A stretch of 63,848 nucleotides of DNA, filler included, from Aduncisulcus paluster (lineage: Eukaryota), in NCBI GenBank assembly GCA_024181965.1. It is 10 parts of 10 records of this genome, joined end to end, with 100 filler letters (N's around TTAATTAATTAA, not from the genome) between each part and the next. Parts side by side here need not be neighbours in the genome. Positions count along the whole stretch, not along the records: positions 6,192 to 17,813 come from BQXS01012381.1; positions 17,914 to 28,436 come from BQXS01012383.1; 8 more parts are not named here. The stretch is one strand, 5' to 3'. Below are positions 8,403 to 20,135 of the stretch, one piece after another (positions within the stretch are counted from its first letter, which is position 1; every line of letters begins with the position of its first letter). The notes below the pieces were generated by a model, which saw only the letters and a list, made by a program, of their open reading frames with translations, was not told the DNA's origin and did not search any database. A program made the translations under genes and the position numbers.

Positions 8403-11090
8403 CTATTTTTTCTTCCCAAAGAAACCACGAATTCCATCACCAATATTTCCTTTCTTTTTAGTTTTTTTAACTGAATGAATTGGTTCTGACTTGAGAGGAT
8501 CTGATTTCTTCTGTAATTCTTTCAAAAGTTTCCCAACTTCCATTTTCCCTTTTACGAGTCCAGCAATTCGAATAAACACGCTTTCTGGTTCCTCCGGCAA
8601 CAAAGATACAAAATGATCCACAAGAGAGTCAGAGGCATGGATGATTTTTAGAATAATAAGCGTCCGAGTTATGATTTTATCCCTCAATATTCTTTGAGGC
8701 CCAGTATCATCATCACAAATCAATTTTCCAAGTTTAGCGAGACAGATAGCAACATGTTGAACGTCAGTGATCATCTGCATTGCCGCTGCTTGGTCTACTT
8801 TCTTATTCGAGCATATTAAAGAGTGCCCCAATGAGTTACACACGCTTTTCATCAGTCTTCCGGCGAACATGAACGGAAGCGGTTGAGGCAAGAAGTTATT
8901 TCCAAGATCTCCAGCATGTTTGATGAGTTCACAGACATCCTCAACCCAGGGAGCTGGTGAAGTCCCAGCTTGAGAAGCAGACAGATGCCCGGAATAATTC
9001 TTAGTGTAATGTTTCGATATAGTATGAACAGCACCAGCGACGCAAGCACACATAAGGTTCACACAATCGTTAGTGACTGTCTGTACAGCTCGCTGGGTAT
9101 CCTCAACAGTGATATCTTCAACAAGAGAAGGAAGAATGACCGACTTTACACGTTTCATCAAACCATCAAGGTGTCTTTGAGCTTCATAAATACTTTGAAG
9201 AGCAATAATTAGTGATGAGCATTGTCGTTTCACTTCATTCACGAACATTGTCATTGAGGGCTTCGAGTATGCCGGAGAAGCACCAGCAGTGGAATTGAAG
9301 AGAACCGAATAATCAATATGTTGAGGAAGAGGGATTAGAATATCATCTTTTTCTTGGAGAACATAAACATTGCCGGAAATATTAAATGGAATATGTGTAA
9401 TTGGGGCAGAAGGAACGAGAGATCCAAGGGCAGAGCTTGAAGAGGAAGAGGAAGAGGATATTGCTGATGATATTTTAATTTGTTTCTTTCTTGCCCTTTC
9501 CTTGTATTTTTCAAGTTCTCGAACCCATTCTTGACCTTTTTTCTGCTCATCAAGATCCATTCCTTTAAGAGAACATTTCACCACACGGACCATTTCTTTT
9601 CTAATTCCATTGAATAAGTGCAGAAGGGACATCTTATTTGTGAGACGCTCAGTCTTCGTTAGCGATTGACGTGCAGCAAGAGCAGTGTCATTTACAGCAT
9701 CAAGCACTAGAGCACGGCATAATGATGGATCGGCCGCCATAGTAATACCTTCTTCAAGGTAGTTGTTGAGCTTTTCAAGACGGACATCAATATCGGAGAG
9801 GGCAAGGGCAGTATGAGCGATAGATCGGACTCTAATGATCTCTTCTTCAATAAACACAGAGAGAATGGGATCAAGTCCAGCAATAAGCGAATTATGGAAA
9901 AAGCCAGGTGGGAGTTCAAAGTGTGGTCCCTTCACATTTCTAGATGGTTTAGGAGTAGATGATCCATCAACTGAATGATCTGGAATATCAGATGTGGCAC
10001 GGCCAGCTCCGTATTCATCGTCAAGGAGATCACTCACCTCGACAGTCAACCGAAGCATGTTTAACAAGGTTGATGGAGAGAATGATTCAACTCCGGACGA
10101 AAGAGTTGCGATGATATGGGCTGTAGCAAGAAGCACCCAATCTCTGGCAATAAGAGATGGAACATGCCAAGAATGCGGGAAAAAATAAAAATCATCGGAA
10201 AAATGTTTTAAAATGCCGGATATCCATGCAAATCGACCACGAAGATCAGAAAGAGGGTCCTTTTGAGAATCAGAAGCCTGGCTTTCGGGAAATTGTTCAC
10301 GGTAACCTCTGAGAGCAGTAGAAGAGATCCATGTCAAGAAAGAAACAACTCTTTCAGCTCCCATACTATCAATACATTGAACTAGATGCTTTGCAGATTC
10401 CACTGATTCAGATTTCTTTTCAAATATAGGTTTTATGGCTTGACGAGCATGTTCAACAATTGAATCTTCACAAAGAGCAAGTTGATCAAGTAACACTGTG
10501 ACTTTTCTAATTTTACCGCCAACAAATCGTTTAGAAATTGCTTGAAGTGCCATGAGCATATTTGGAATATTCGCATAATTTCCATGCTCAATTTCTTCCC
10601 TTAATCCGACAATTCGATCCTCAAGATACGATAAATGATTAAGAAAATGAAGAGTCGAAGTAACACGTGATCTAGCTCCGTCCAATGCTCGCATTCTTCG
10701 GCAAAGATCGGCTGATGTGGATTCAGCTGTTACTGCAGCGCTCTCCATACCGGCCACTTTCACGGATACCCTCTCCATTGATTTGTGAAAATTAGGAATA
10801 TCAAGAGGAATTGGTTTAGAATCTGCAAAACTTTGTAATGCCGACTTGAGTTGCATGTCTTCTTTTAAAACAATTTGAGAGAATCTCGAGGTAATTACAC
10901 CAATATCTTGTAATGATTCAACTATATTTGGAATGAAAAGTATAAAAATAAAAATAATGTCAAACGATAAGCAGAATAACAAGATTTTTGAATTGGACAT
11001 ACCATCAGGAATCAAACCATCAACAAAATCAATGGCTTCAAACTCTTCACTATCTATGACTTTTAAAATATCACAAGTTGTTTTTGGCAT
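8403..11090 (-). CDS. VPS53: Vps53-like GARP/EARP complex subunit, with an 81-nt intron at 10922-11002
   Basis: FEAIDFVDGLIP N-terminus, RFAW, FPHSWHV and AAMQMITDVQ motifs. A GTATGT...ATAG intron removes an AT-rich 27-aa insert. Confidence 0.8.
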   Translation of the reverse strand: MPKTTCDILKVIDSEEFEAIDFVDGLIPDGMSNSKILLFCLSFDIIFIFILFIPNIVESLQDIGVITSRFSQIVLKEDMQLKSALQSFADSKPIPLDIPNFHKSMERVSVKVAGMESAAVTAESTSADLCRRMRALDGARSRVTSTLHFLNHLSYLEDRIVGLREEIEHGNYANIPNMLMALQAISKRFVGGKIRKVTVLLDQLALCEDSIVEHARQAIKPIFEKKSESVESAKHLVQCIDSMGAERVVSFLTWISSTALRGYREQFPESQASDSQKDPLSDLRGRFAWISGILKHFSDDFYFFPHSWHVPSLIARDWVLLATAHIIATLSSGVESFSPSTLLNMLRLTVEVSDLLDDEYGAGRATSDIPDHSVDGSSTPKPSRNVKGPHFELPPGFFHNSLIAGLDPILSVFIEEEIIRVRSIAHTALALSDIDVRLEKLNNYLEEGITMAADPSLCRALVLDAVNDTALAARQSLTKTERLTNKMSLLHLFNGIRKEMVRVVKCSLKGMDLDEQKKGQEWVRELEKYKERARKKQIKISSAISSSSSSSSSALGSLVPSAPITHIPFNISGNVYVLQEKDDILIPLPQHIDYSVLFNSTAGASPAYSKPSMTMFVNEVKRQCSSLIIALQSIYEAQRHLDGLMKRVKSVILPSLVEDITVEDTQRAVQTVTNDCVNLMCACVAGAVHTISKHYTKNYSGHLSASQAGTSPAPWVEDVCELIKHAGDLGNNFLPQPLPFMFAGRLMKSVCNSLGHSLICSNKKVDQAAAMQMITDVQHVAICLAKLGKLICDDDTGPQRILRDKIITRTLIILKIIHASDSLVDHFVSLLPEEPESVFIRIAGLVKGKMEVGKLLKELQKKSDPLKSEPIHSVKKTKKKGNIGDGIRGFFGKKK

Positions 11091-11346
11091 TATTATTGTA
11101 GATGTCAAGAAAAATACATCCGTGTCAACTATTGGAATACATCAAAAAAAATCAACAAATCAGGCATAATATTATTTTAATCTTGGAATTAAATAGAGAT
11201 AATGTAAAATTAACAATTGGAAAAGACGTATTTCCCATTACATAATATCGTGCAGAAATGATGTTTTTATTACGATATTGGTGTGAATATGTGATATTCA
11301 ATATTGATATTGCCAATCTAATTGGTAAAAGCTGATTTAATGTATC

Positions 11347-12012
11347 TTATTTTCCTCCTTTCCTTGATCTCCTTCCTCTGGTTTTCACTGTCGTCCATCC
11401 ATCATCTTCCTCTTCTTTATCCTCATCTTTAACTGGAGAATCAGGTTTCTTTTCAATTTCCTCTTCATCTTTGGCGATTTCTTTCTCTTCTTCTTCTTCT
11501 TCTATTTCCTCTTCCTCTTCCTCTTCAGTTTCTTCAAGAACAGCTGGAGAAGTTTTAATCTTTTCAAAGACTTCTTCAACGCCTTCTGGTTCATCATGCA
11601 TTCTTGGTCTTACTAAGCCAGGAATTGGTTTTGGAAGGGGATCAGATAACAAATCAGAAACAAGAGTTGAAGAGGCTCCTTTACCTTCTTTCACAACTTC
11701 GTTATAGAGGGCTACGAGTCCTTTAGCAACAAAATCTTCAGAAGTATCTTCAAGAATGGCACCATAATCATCATATACATACTCGGAAAGGAAGTTGGCA
11801 ATTTCATCGAGGTCTAGACTTGTAGCATATGTTTCAAAATATGAAATAAAGTTATTGACGAGATCTAATGTACTTTCTTTGATATCTTCGACTGATTTAT
11901 CACAAATGCGGACAATAAACTGGAGAGCTCCCCACCTCAAGAAAGAGACGGGAACCAACGCATTAAAAAGTTCAATATTATCAGAAGGCAATATAAATTT
12001 CTCAATTCCCAT
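11347..12012 (-). CDS. TSR2: Pre-rRNA-processing protein Tsr2
   Basis: RWGALQ, ILEDTSEDFVA, an acidic tail and a C-terminal DDGWTTV motif. Confidence 0.85.
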   Translation of the reverse strand: MGIEKFILPSDNIELFNALVPVSFLRWGALQFIVRICDKSVEDIKESTLDLVNNFISYFETYATSLDLDEIANFLSEYVYDDYGAILEDTSEDFVAKGLVALYNEVVKEGKGASSTLVSDLLSDPLPKPIPGLVRPRMHDEPEGVEEVFEKIKTSPAVLEETEEEEEEEIEEEEEEKEIAKDEEEIEKKPDSPVKDEDKEEEDDGWTTVKTRGRRSRKGGK

Positions 12013-12099
12013 GACAATTAAAAAATTATTGATGAAAGGGCAGCCAAATCAAGAATCTAATCAAACTACATATGAGCTTCCCGTTATTTATTTATTCAT

Positions 12100-12978
12100 T
12101 TAGAGCATTTGTTTGATCAAACCGTTGATAAGTTCTTCACGGTTACCGAAGTCACCACCTTCGTTAAAGTGACGGGTCACATTCTTGAATCCACCCTTAG
12201 GACTGCTAAGCTTGAAAGGCCAGAAGAAAGAGTTGATCTCCTTGAAGTGGGTACCACAGGTGTGGATCTCGTGAATCAAATCCTCAGGAGTAGTCATACC
12301 GAACTTACCGACACGACGTTTGACAACAATGGAATCAGAAAGGGGAAGACGTTGGTGGTCGAGTTTGGCGTAACCGCGCTTGTACACGAGCTTACGGATG
12401 GAACCAAGGGAAGGGTAACCGTAGGCAACGTAAGGCTCAACAAGACGGAGCATGTTGATGGTGGCCTTGTTGACACGAACGAAAACACCGTTGTGGATCT
12501 GACGGAGACGGAGAAGTTGAAGGATCTTTCTCTGCTTGGGACCAAGACCGTTGATACCTCGGATACGGATAACGAACATGACCTTAGCTTGGGCAGGGAC
12601 GAAGAAAGAACCAGTCTTGGCAGCCTCACGCTTGCTCTCAACGAGCTCCTTTTCAGCCTCAGCGTATTCCTTCTCGTAACCGGCAATACGGGCACGAGCC
12701 TCAACACGCTCAGCCTTACGCTGCTTGATGGCACCAATCAAACGCTTCTCACGCTTCTCGGATTGGACGGAGTAACGCTTTTGCTTCTTAAGGTAAATTT
12801 CAGGGACAGGACTAAATTAAATAAAAAAATATAATCAATTTAAATAAAATAAACAAAGGAACATCAATGTTAGGGACGATGTAAGGAAAAGAGAAGTAAT
12901 CAACATAAAATAAGAGGATGAACATGATAAAAAATAAATAATAATTAATATCAACTATAATACTTACAGCTTTGGCAT
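12100..12978 (-). CDS. RPL7: 60S ribosomal protein L7 (uL30); exons 12978-12968 and 12811-12100
   Basis: FVIRIRGIN, LLRLRQIHNGVFV and FWPFKLSSPKGG motifs. A 156-nt GTAAGT...TTAG intron gives the N-terminus MPKLPVPEIYLKK. Confidence 0.97.
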
Positions 12979-13572
12979 ATTCTTGCTCTAGAGACTCGTC
13001 AAGAAGCAAGTCTCAGGCACCTATGATTCATTCTCATATTTGGCCAAAAATAGATCTGGCCTTTTCTAGCTTCAATGTAAAATAATAATTAATGTTAGCA
13101 CTTTATTTGAAGATAAATTTGCTATTTTTGAACCTATTAGGTTCTTAATCTTTGACGAAGAAGGAATGTAATACATTTCAAGGAAAATACGTAAATAGTA
13201 GAATTCAAAAGTACAATCAATGATATTTTTATTTGAAACTGTATTTAACAAATAGAAATTGTTGTGGGAATGTTGAATTAACCCTAATTCTTCCGCTACA
13301 AAACATCTTGGTGTGAGAATAAATATATTTTATTTCAATGGCTAATCTTTAATAACAATAAGATGGAGTGATTGAACGTTGACATGACTCCACATTATCC
13401 TTTTAAATAAAAGAACAGAGTACATCTCCTTCAAGGAGACAACTTGAAGTTGTTGGAATGTTATTTATTGGATTAGAAGAAAATTATGAAGGCAAATAAT
13501 ATTTTTCTTTCTCTGACAATCGTATTTTAGCCCTTGTTCATGGTATATAATGATTATATTATAATCCATGAT

Positions 13573-15297
13573 CTATAAAAGCTTTATGAGACTCTTTCTA
13601 TAAAATTCTGGGGCCTTGATTCCCAAAAAGTTAAGGAAAGTGGCTGTAATGTTGGTTAATCCTGGTGTGTCAATGGAATCAGCGCACAATTCATATTCTC
13701 CAGCGAACTTAGGGTCGAAGATAATGAAAGGAACAGGGTTACAAGTATGAGAAGTTACAGGCTTTCCCTTTTTCATCATAACCTCAGCATTTCCATGGTC
13801 GGCAGTGATCATCAACACCCCACCAGTCTCTTCGACAGCCTTCTTAATCTCACCAACACAAGCGTCAACAGCCTCCATAGCTTTCACAGCAGCTTCAAGA
13901 GATCCAGTGTGACCAACCATGTCTCCATTAGCGAGATTACAACGGATATTCTCAAATTTACCACTTCTGATGGCATCACATAACTTCTTAGTGACTTCAG
14001 GAGCCTTCATTTCAGGTTTCTTCTCTGTCTCAGAATTGGGGTAAGAGACGACTTCCTCATACTTCTCGAGCTTGTCATCAATAAGACCACTACGGTTTCC
14101 ATTCCAGAAGAAACTGACATGTCCAAACTTATGAGTCTCGGCCACAGCGTATGTACGTAGACCAGCGGCACAGATAAGTTCAGAACTGACAGAACTGATG
14201 GAAGGAGGGGGCACCAAGAAAGACTTGGGGATCTTGGTTTCACTGTCATATTCAAGGAGGCCAGCATACTTAATACCCTTGGGATAAGGACGGATAGCAC
14301 TACGGTCAAATTGGGGGAATTTCTCAGTCTCAGGACAATCAAATACTTGGGATATCTCGACAGCTCTGTCTCCACGGTAGTTAATGTTGATGACAACGTC
14401 TCCATCTTCAACCATACCGATGGGTTTTCCCTCAGAATCGACAACCACGAAAGGAGGATTGTATTGGTCTTTCTTTTCGGGGAATAACTCACGGGCATGT
14501 TCAACGGCAGCCTTGGCACAGCAATAGTATCCCTTGTAGCCAGAAACGAGTTCAGACTCATCGATGTGACCATGGACCATGGTGTTGAATCCTCTCTCAA
14601 CCATTGACCAATCAGATCCATATCTGTCCATGATACAATGCATTCTTCCACCACCGCTTCCAATACGGTATGAAAATCCACTGTGTGCCTTGTTTACATC
14701 TTCAAGGAGCTTCTCTAGCATGTCAATGTACTCAAGACCAGAAGTGGGAGGAACGTCACGACCATCAAGAAGGGGGTGAACGATCACAGAACGAACTCCT
14801 GTAGCAGCTATCTTGGAAACAAGAGCAGTTAACTGGTCAAAGTGAGAGTGAATTCCTCCGTCAGAAAGAAGACCGAACAAATGGATGGACTTGTCTTTTT
14901 TGGCAGCATACTCAATAAAATCAGCCCAGTTCTGTGTCTTAAGAATATCATCGGAATCAACGAGAAGTTGATTAACAAGTTTGGCTCCTTGAGCAATAAT
15001 TTGACCGGCACCAAGGGCATTGTGACCAACCTCAGAATTACCCATATCATCTTCAGTAGGCAAACCGACGGCACTTCCATGAGCTTTCAAATGGCAAAAC
15101 AATTTCCTGGCCTTTGCTTCGGCAGTTAATTCATCTAACACAGGAGTTTCTGCAATAATGTAAGCATCACCATCTTTACCATCGGGTTTTGAAATTCCAA
15201 CACCATCAAGAACAAGAGTAACAATGGGACCTTCCCTTGGGATAGTTTTTTCAAGTTTTTCAACTTTCATTCCTTGATATGCAGGGGAAAAGACCAT
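13573..15297 (-). CDS. gpmI: 2,3-bisphosphoglycerate-independent phosphoglycerate mutase
   Basis: LVLDGVG, DMGNSEVGHNALG, GGIHSH, DGRD, ETHKFGHV, NGDMVGHTG and TADHGNAE motifs. The start could alternatively be 15324. Confidence 0.97.
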   Translation of the reverse strand: MVFSPAYQGMKVEKLEKTIPREGPIVTLVLDGVGISKPDGKDGDAYIIAETPVLDELTAEAKARKLFCHLKAHGSAVGLPTEDDMGNSEVGHNALGAGQIIAQGAKLVNQLLVDSDDILKTQNWADFIEYAAKKDKSIHLFGLLSDGGIHSHFDQLTALVSKIAATGVRSVIVHPLLDGRDVPPTSGLEYIDMLEKLLEDVNKAHSGFSYRIGSGGGRMHCIMDRYGSDWSMVERGFNTMVHGHIDESELVSGYKGYYCCAKAAVEHARELFPEKKDQYNPPFVVVDSEGKPIGMVEDGDVVININYRGDRAVEISQVFDCPETEKFPQFDRSAIRPYPKGIKYAGLLEYDSETKIPKSFLVPPPSISSVSSELICAAGLRTYAVAETHKFGHVSFFWNGNRSGLIDDKLEKYEEVVSYPNSETEKKPEMKAPEVTKKLCDAIRSGKFENIRCNLANGDMVGHTGSLEAAVKAMEAVDACVGEIKKAVEETGGVLMITADHGNAEVMMKKGKPVTSHTCNPVPFIIFDPKFAGEYELCADSIDTPGLTNITATFLNFLGIKAPEFYRKSLIKLL

Positions 15298-15531
15298 CTG
15301 AAAGCTGGAAATCAAGATCATCATGGGACCATCAAGATATGACTTGAAAATTGGGAAAGAAAATTAATAACGAACGCATATATATTTAATAAATAGATAG
15401 GAATCATTGTTTACTTTTTGAACAGCACCAAAAAATTTATCATTTTCCGAAATGAGTCATAGGGATGACTGTCATCTATATTGCATTTTCTTTGATAGAG
15501 ATATTGAAAAGAAAATTATATTAATACTATT

Positions 15532-17124
15532 TTACTCAACTTCCATGTCAGTGATGCGCCCTAAATTGGGTAAAATAACTCCAAATTCTGACTCTGCGTC
15601 TTGTAAACAATGATATACCTCTGATTTTTGGATGGAATCTATTCCTTCGAGAACGTGATGAAGAGGATCTCCTCTCAAAGCAATAAATCCCTTTCTTGAC
15701 ATCTCCAAAGCATCTGAAAGCTCCTTCGATGGACTATAAGCTTTCATTTCTGCACTCAGCCTATCGAATCTATCAATAAGAGTCTTGCAAAGAATATCAA
15801 TATCCCTCTGCACCTTCTCTTGAGCATCATCAGCAGAATCCCTTTGCATGGGTCCCGGCATTCCCATCGTTCCTTCTGGTTCAATAGAAGGGTGAGAAGA
15901 ATCATATCCGTCAACGTGTAACTGCACTTCCACTCTTGCTTCATCGAGAAGTTCTTCCATAATATCAATACCGTCACATCCTTGGAAACGAGCAGGAATA
16001 TCACTCGCATGGTCATTCTGGTTGGAGGATCCTGGACTTGGCTCACCGACTCCAAGACCACGAACTCCCTGGCCATTTCTGGATGAATATGGGAACTTGG
16101 GGATGCTGAATAACAAAACATCGTCCTCTTTGCGAATAGATTCTGCGAGTTGAACTCCAATAGAATCAAGGGAATTTCCGAGTGGTTTCAGTCGGGAATA
16201 GTGTTTTTTAGTCGAGGATACATTGGTAAGTGTGCTGTCAATGAGGGATTGATTGGCTGTCAGAAGTTTGGAGGAGCATATAGAAAGGCGAGAGATTTCT
16301 GCACTAATCTGAGATGCTTTTTGAAGTCTGGACTTGGATTTGGATACATCAAGCTCTGCAGAATATTGTTCTTCCTGGAGTTGCAGGGTGAGACGGCGAG
16401 CTTCCTCAAGACTAGCCTGCAATCCTCTGGAATGGGCTTGGATGGTGATGGCAGCCAAACGAGGATCTTTGCTGATAAGTTTCTCCATTTCTTCTTCTGC
16501 AGAAAGGATCTGTTCAGAGGAATCTTTAAAATCAGGGGATGAAAAGGGATCACTAATGGGCGAAAATGAAGAATGACTTATACTACGTTCTTTAAGGATA
16601 TGAGCAATCTTTTTCACTTCTTCAGCTTCTATTTTTGCCAAGTCAGCAAATTCTTTCTCCTTCTTCTGAAGCTCCAATCCGTATTTAACATGGTCTCGTT
16701 GAAGTAAAGCTATTTGTTCGTGTAAATCAGGAGGTTTCGATTCTATATGGGAACTTTTAATCTGGGATTCAACTTCTTTTATAATATCAGCCTTTTCAAC
16801 CTGTGATTGGAGCTCAGAAATAACTGACTCCATAAAGGTTTGTTTTGAAATGGATTTTTTCGAACTTGCTTTTTGAGTGCAATATTTTCGTTTCAAATCA
16901 GGAAATAAATCATCAATATTCAATTTAAATTCTGCTGCAATTCTCTTTTTCACCAGAGTATAATACTTCAGAATATGATCACCAACATCAGAACTAGCCT
17001 TATATGATAACGAATTAACAATATTTTTTGTATTTCTTCGAACAGAACGCTCATATGACTTGACCAACAACTGCATACGTTGTAGATGCTTAATTTTTGA
17101 TTGGAGGAAACTAGAAGAGTCCAT
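15532..17124 (-). CDS. Hypothetical coiled-coil protein
   Basis: 530-aa ATG-initiated ORF with heptad-rich segments and AT-rich flanks. Confidence 0.8.
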   Translation of the reverse strand: MDSSSFLQSKIKHLQRMQLLVKSYERSVRRNTKNIVNSLSYKASSDVGDHILKYYTLVKKRIAAEFKLNIDDLFPDLKRKYCTQKASSKKSISKQTFMESVISELQSQVEKADIIKEVESQIKSSHIESKPPDLHEQIALLQRDHVKYGLELQKKEKEFADLAKIEAEEVKKIAHILKERSISHSSFSPISDPFSSPDFKDSSEQILSAEEEMEKLISKDPRLAAITIQAHSRGLQASLEEARRLTLQLQEEQYSAELDVSKSKSRLQKASQISAEISRLSICSSKLLTANQSLIDSTLTNVSSTKKHYSRLKPLGNSLDSIGVQLAESIRKEDDVLLFSIPKFPYSSRNGQGVRGLGVGEPSPGSSNQNDHASDIPARFQGCDGIDIMEELLDEARVEVQLHVDGYDSSHPSIEPEGTMGMPGPMQRDSADDAQEKVQRDIDILCKTLIDRFDRLSAEMKAYSPSKELSDALEMSRKGFIALRGDPLHHVLEGIDSIQKSEVYHCLQDAESEFGVILPNLGRITDMEVE

Positions 17125-17392
17125 AAATTATAATATTAATAGATAAAAACAAAAATATTAAATATTTACAAATATAATGAAATCAAAACGATGGCTTTTA
17201 CGAAAACGAATGTTTGATATCAAAATCATTGTGGCAAAGGCAATTAAGTTAATTTATTATAATAAATAATGAAAAAGCAAGACTATTTACTTCTAAATCA
17301 ATTAGTGGCCTTCGCCGATAGCATCCCACAACAAAAATAATAATGTTGTAAATGAATAAAATATAAAACCAAGAATACACTCAAAAAAAAAT

Positions 17393-17813
17393 CTACACGC
17401 CTCCACTAATTCCAGCAGCTTCGTCCTCTTCCTCGGAAGCCCCGATAATCTCTACACTTTCAATCTTTGCCGAAGTTCCTTCCGCCTTTTCAGCTTCCTC
17501 TTCAATGTGTTCTTCAACGTGTTCTTCTTCGGTCTTCTTCTCCTCCATACTCTCCTCTGCATCTTCAAGGCGACCGGTATCTCTTTTATCCTTTTGTTCT
17601 CTGCCTTCAATATCACTTCTGTTACCATAAACGTGGCTCTTTTTGGTTAATTTCTTGTCCTTACTCTTATTTTTCTTGATTTCACGTTCACGTTCACGAA
17701 GTTGGTGCTCAGTTTGATGTTTTCCAGATTTCTCAGCATGTTTGAGAGCCTTCTCTCTCTTTTTGTCGTACTTGTCTTCAACTTTTTGGAGAGCTTCGGC
17801 ACGTTTCATATCA
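17393..17813 (-). CDS. C-terminal fragment of a highly charged protein
   Basis: K/E-rich ORF running from the contig edge to a TAG. Confidence 0.7.
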
Positions 17814-17913
17814 NNNNNNNNNNNNNNNNNNNNNNNNNNNNNNNNNNNNNNNNNNNNTTAATTAATTAANNNNNNNNNNNNNNNNNNNNNNNNNNNNNNN
17901 NNNNNNNNNNNNN

Positions 17914-19941
17914 ACGAAAGATGGAAGTGTATGCGTATGTATCAGTGAAGATGAGATTGTTGCGTGGCATACAAAGACTCAAAAGTTAGCCCGTAAAGTT
18001 ACAATTAACATTCGTAGAGAGAAAGCAAAGAGAAGACGGCAAGGTTATGGCAGTATCTTTAACAAGGAAGAATATAGTCGAAGAAAAGGCCATAGAGAAG
18101 AAGAAGAGGGAGAGGGAGAGAGAGAAGAAGAGGAAGAAGAGGAGGAAGAGATTCTATCTCCTTTAACCTGTGTTAAAATGGTGGATGAAGGCAATCGTAT
18201 GTGTGTTTGTGGGTGTGAGAATGGTGATGTTTTACTTGTAGATCTTGCATCAGCTGAAATAGTTGAGATATGTGAAGGACATACGGCTTCTGTCACAGGG
18301 CTAAGTGTTGTTGAAGGGTGTATATATTCTTCTGGGGAGGACAAGAGGATTTATGAATGGAAATTAGAGCTCACAAGTGAAGGCGAATTCTCTGAGGGTA
18401 ATGACGAGGGAGAAGAAGAAGAGCAGCAACAAAAACAAAACAAGAAACAACGAGGTGGGATTACTGGTCATTCTTTATCTACTCTTTCTGACACTCTCTC
18501 TCTTGCTTTACATCGGGAGCTGGGCGTTGAAGATTCTTGTACTTGTATACATGCTTCTCCATCGTATGTTATGGTTGGATTCGCTGACTCTTCACTTCGT
18601 GTCTACCATCGGGACTCTTTTCGACATTTCGTTACTCTCTATGGTCATTCCTTGCCAATCAACAGTGTGGCAGTCTCTGAGGATGAATATGTGATTGCAA
18701 CAGGAAGTGTTGATAAAACAATCAAAATATGGAATTTACCATTCGGAGATTGCAAGAAAACTATGAAACATCATTCAAAACCGATAACTTCGATTGTTTT
18801 CTTACCTTTTACACATTATCTATTCTCCTCTTCACGTGATTGTTCTCTTTGCATGTGGGATTGTGATAAATGTTGTCTTGTGACAGAAGTGTTAGGTCAC
18901 AATGAACCTGTGAACTCTCTAAGTATTAGTTCTGGTGGAAGATGGCTATACAGCGTTGGAAAAGGAATGTGTGTACGTATTTGGAGAAGAAGTGAAGAGA
19001 TGGTCTTTGTCCAACATGAAGAAGAAGAGCGTATGAGAGTTCAGTTAGACAGAGAAGAAAGAGAAGAGAGAGTGAAGAGGATGCGTGGAGAAGTAAGGAA
19101 ATTGGCACAAGCTATGTTGGAAGACATTAAGGATCTTGAAGGCTTGGATGGTGATGAAGAAGAAGAGGAAAGAGAAGGAGGAAGAGGAGGAGGAGGAAGA
19201 GGAGAAGGTATTTCTTTGTCTTCGGCTATAACTCAACATTTGCATACAACTCACACTGTGGAAATGGATGTTGAAAGCGGAGAAAAAGAGAGAAAAGAAG
19301 GAGAAGCTTTGTTATATTCATTGGAATTAGCAACTAAGGAAAGAGAGAGATATGAAGAGTTTATTAAAGCAAATGGAATGACGGTTGCATTTAGTCCACA
19401 CATATCCTCGAAGGAAGCTAAGGAAAAGAAGAAGGAAGATGATGTCAAGGAGAAAGAAGAAAGAGAAGAAGAAGAAGAAGAAGAAGAAAGAGAAGAAGCA
19501 GAAAAAGAAGTGTTTAAACCTTCACCTCTTCTTTTAAATTTGCCACCACATTTGTACTTGCTGAGAATTCTTAGAAATCGTATATCTCCGGCTTCCTTGC
19601 TTTCTCTGGTCACTTCTCTTCCTCAAGTTCATACTTTCTCATTGATTCTATTTTTAGAACAGTGTGTTAGAGAGCATATTGATGTTGAGTTCTGTTGTTC
19701 GATTATTTCCGTGATTATCTCCACAAATATGCGTTCTCTCGTATCTTATTCCTCAAAAACTGAGAAACAACTTGAGCAACTCCATGAATGCGTGAAGATT
19801 TGTTCGGAATGGAAGAAAGAAGTCGGGTTATGCGTAAGTGGAGCCAGAACAGCTGTTTCTCTGTGGAAAGACGAAGATAATTGTGAATGGGTGTCAAGCA
19901 TTGAAGACGCGGGAGGGAAAAGAAGAGCTTTATTGGAATAA
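17914..19941 (+). CDS. UTP12: Partial U3 snoRNP WD40 protein Utp12/Dip2/WDR3
   Basis: LYGHSLPI, ATGSVDKTIKIWNLPFGDCKKT and a C-terminal Utp12 helical domain. The frame is open from the contig start. Confidence 0.92.
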   Translation, partial: TKDGSVCVCISEDEIVAWHTKTQKLARKVTINIRREKAKRRRQGYGSIFNKEEYSRRKGHREEEEGEGEREEEEEEEEEILSPLTCVKMVDEGNRMCVCGCENGDVLLVDLASAEIVEICEGHTASVTGLSVVEGCIYSSGEDKRIYEWKLELTSEGEFSEGNDEGEEEEQQQKQNKKQRGGITGHSLSTLSDTLSLALHRELGVEDSCTCIHASPSYVMVGFADSSLRVYHRDSFRHFVTLYGHSLPINSVAVSEDEYVIATGSVDKTIKIWNLPFGDCKKTMKHHSKPITSIVFLPFTHYLFSSSRDCSLCMWDCDKCCLVTEVLGHNEPVNSLSISSGGRWLYSVGKGMCVRIWRRSEEMVFVQHEEEERMRVQLDREEREERVKRMRGEVRKLAQAMLEDIKDLEGLDGDEEEEEREGGRGGGGRGEGISLSSAITQHLHTTHTVEMDVESGEKERKEGEALLYSLELATKERERYEEFIKANGMTVAFSPHISSKEAKEKKKEDDVKEKEEREEEEEEEEREEAEKEVFKPSPLLLNLPPHLYLLRILRNRISPASLLSLVTSLPQVHTFSLILFLEQCVREHIDVEFCCSIISVIISTNMRSLVSYSSKTEKQLEQLHECVKICSEWKKEVGLCVSGARTAVSLWKDEDNCEWVSSIEDAGGKRRALLE

Positions 19942-20135
19942 AGGGTGATATTTAACAGTTAAGGCTGTATTGCCAGGTTATTAGAGCCTATATAGGCTCA
20001 GCCTATATTCATTCTTTTTCTTCAGAACAAAACTCAAAAACTGGGATGTATTTTGCGATGGATTGAATCAAAGAATAGGCGGTATATTTTCTTGACTCCT
20101 TTTCACTCTCATCTTTCTTTTCTCCGTCTTTCTTT

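Noticed and set aside
12109..12834. 241-aa antisense ORF to RPL7
   Set aside because: Shadow ORF explained by the codon bias of a highly expressed gene.
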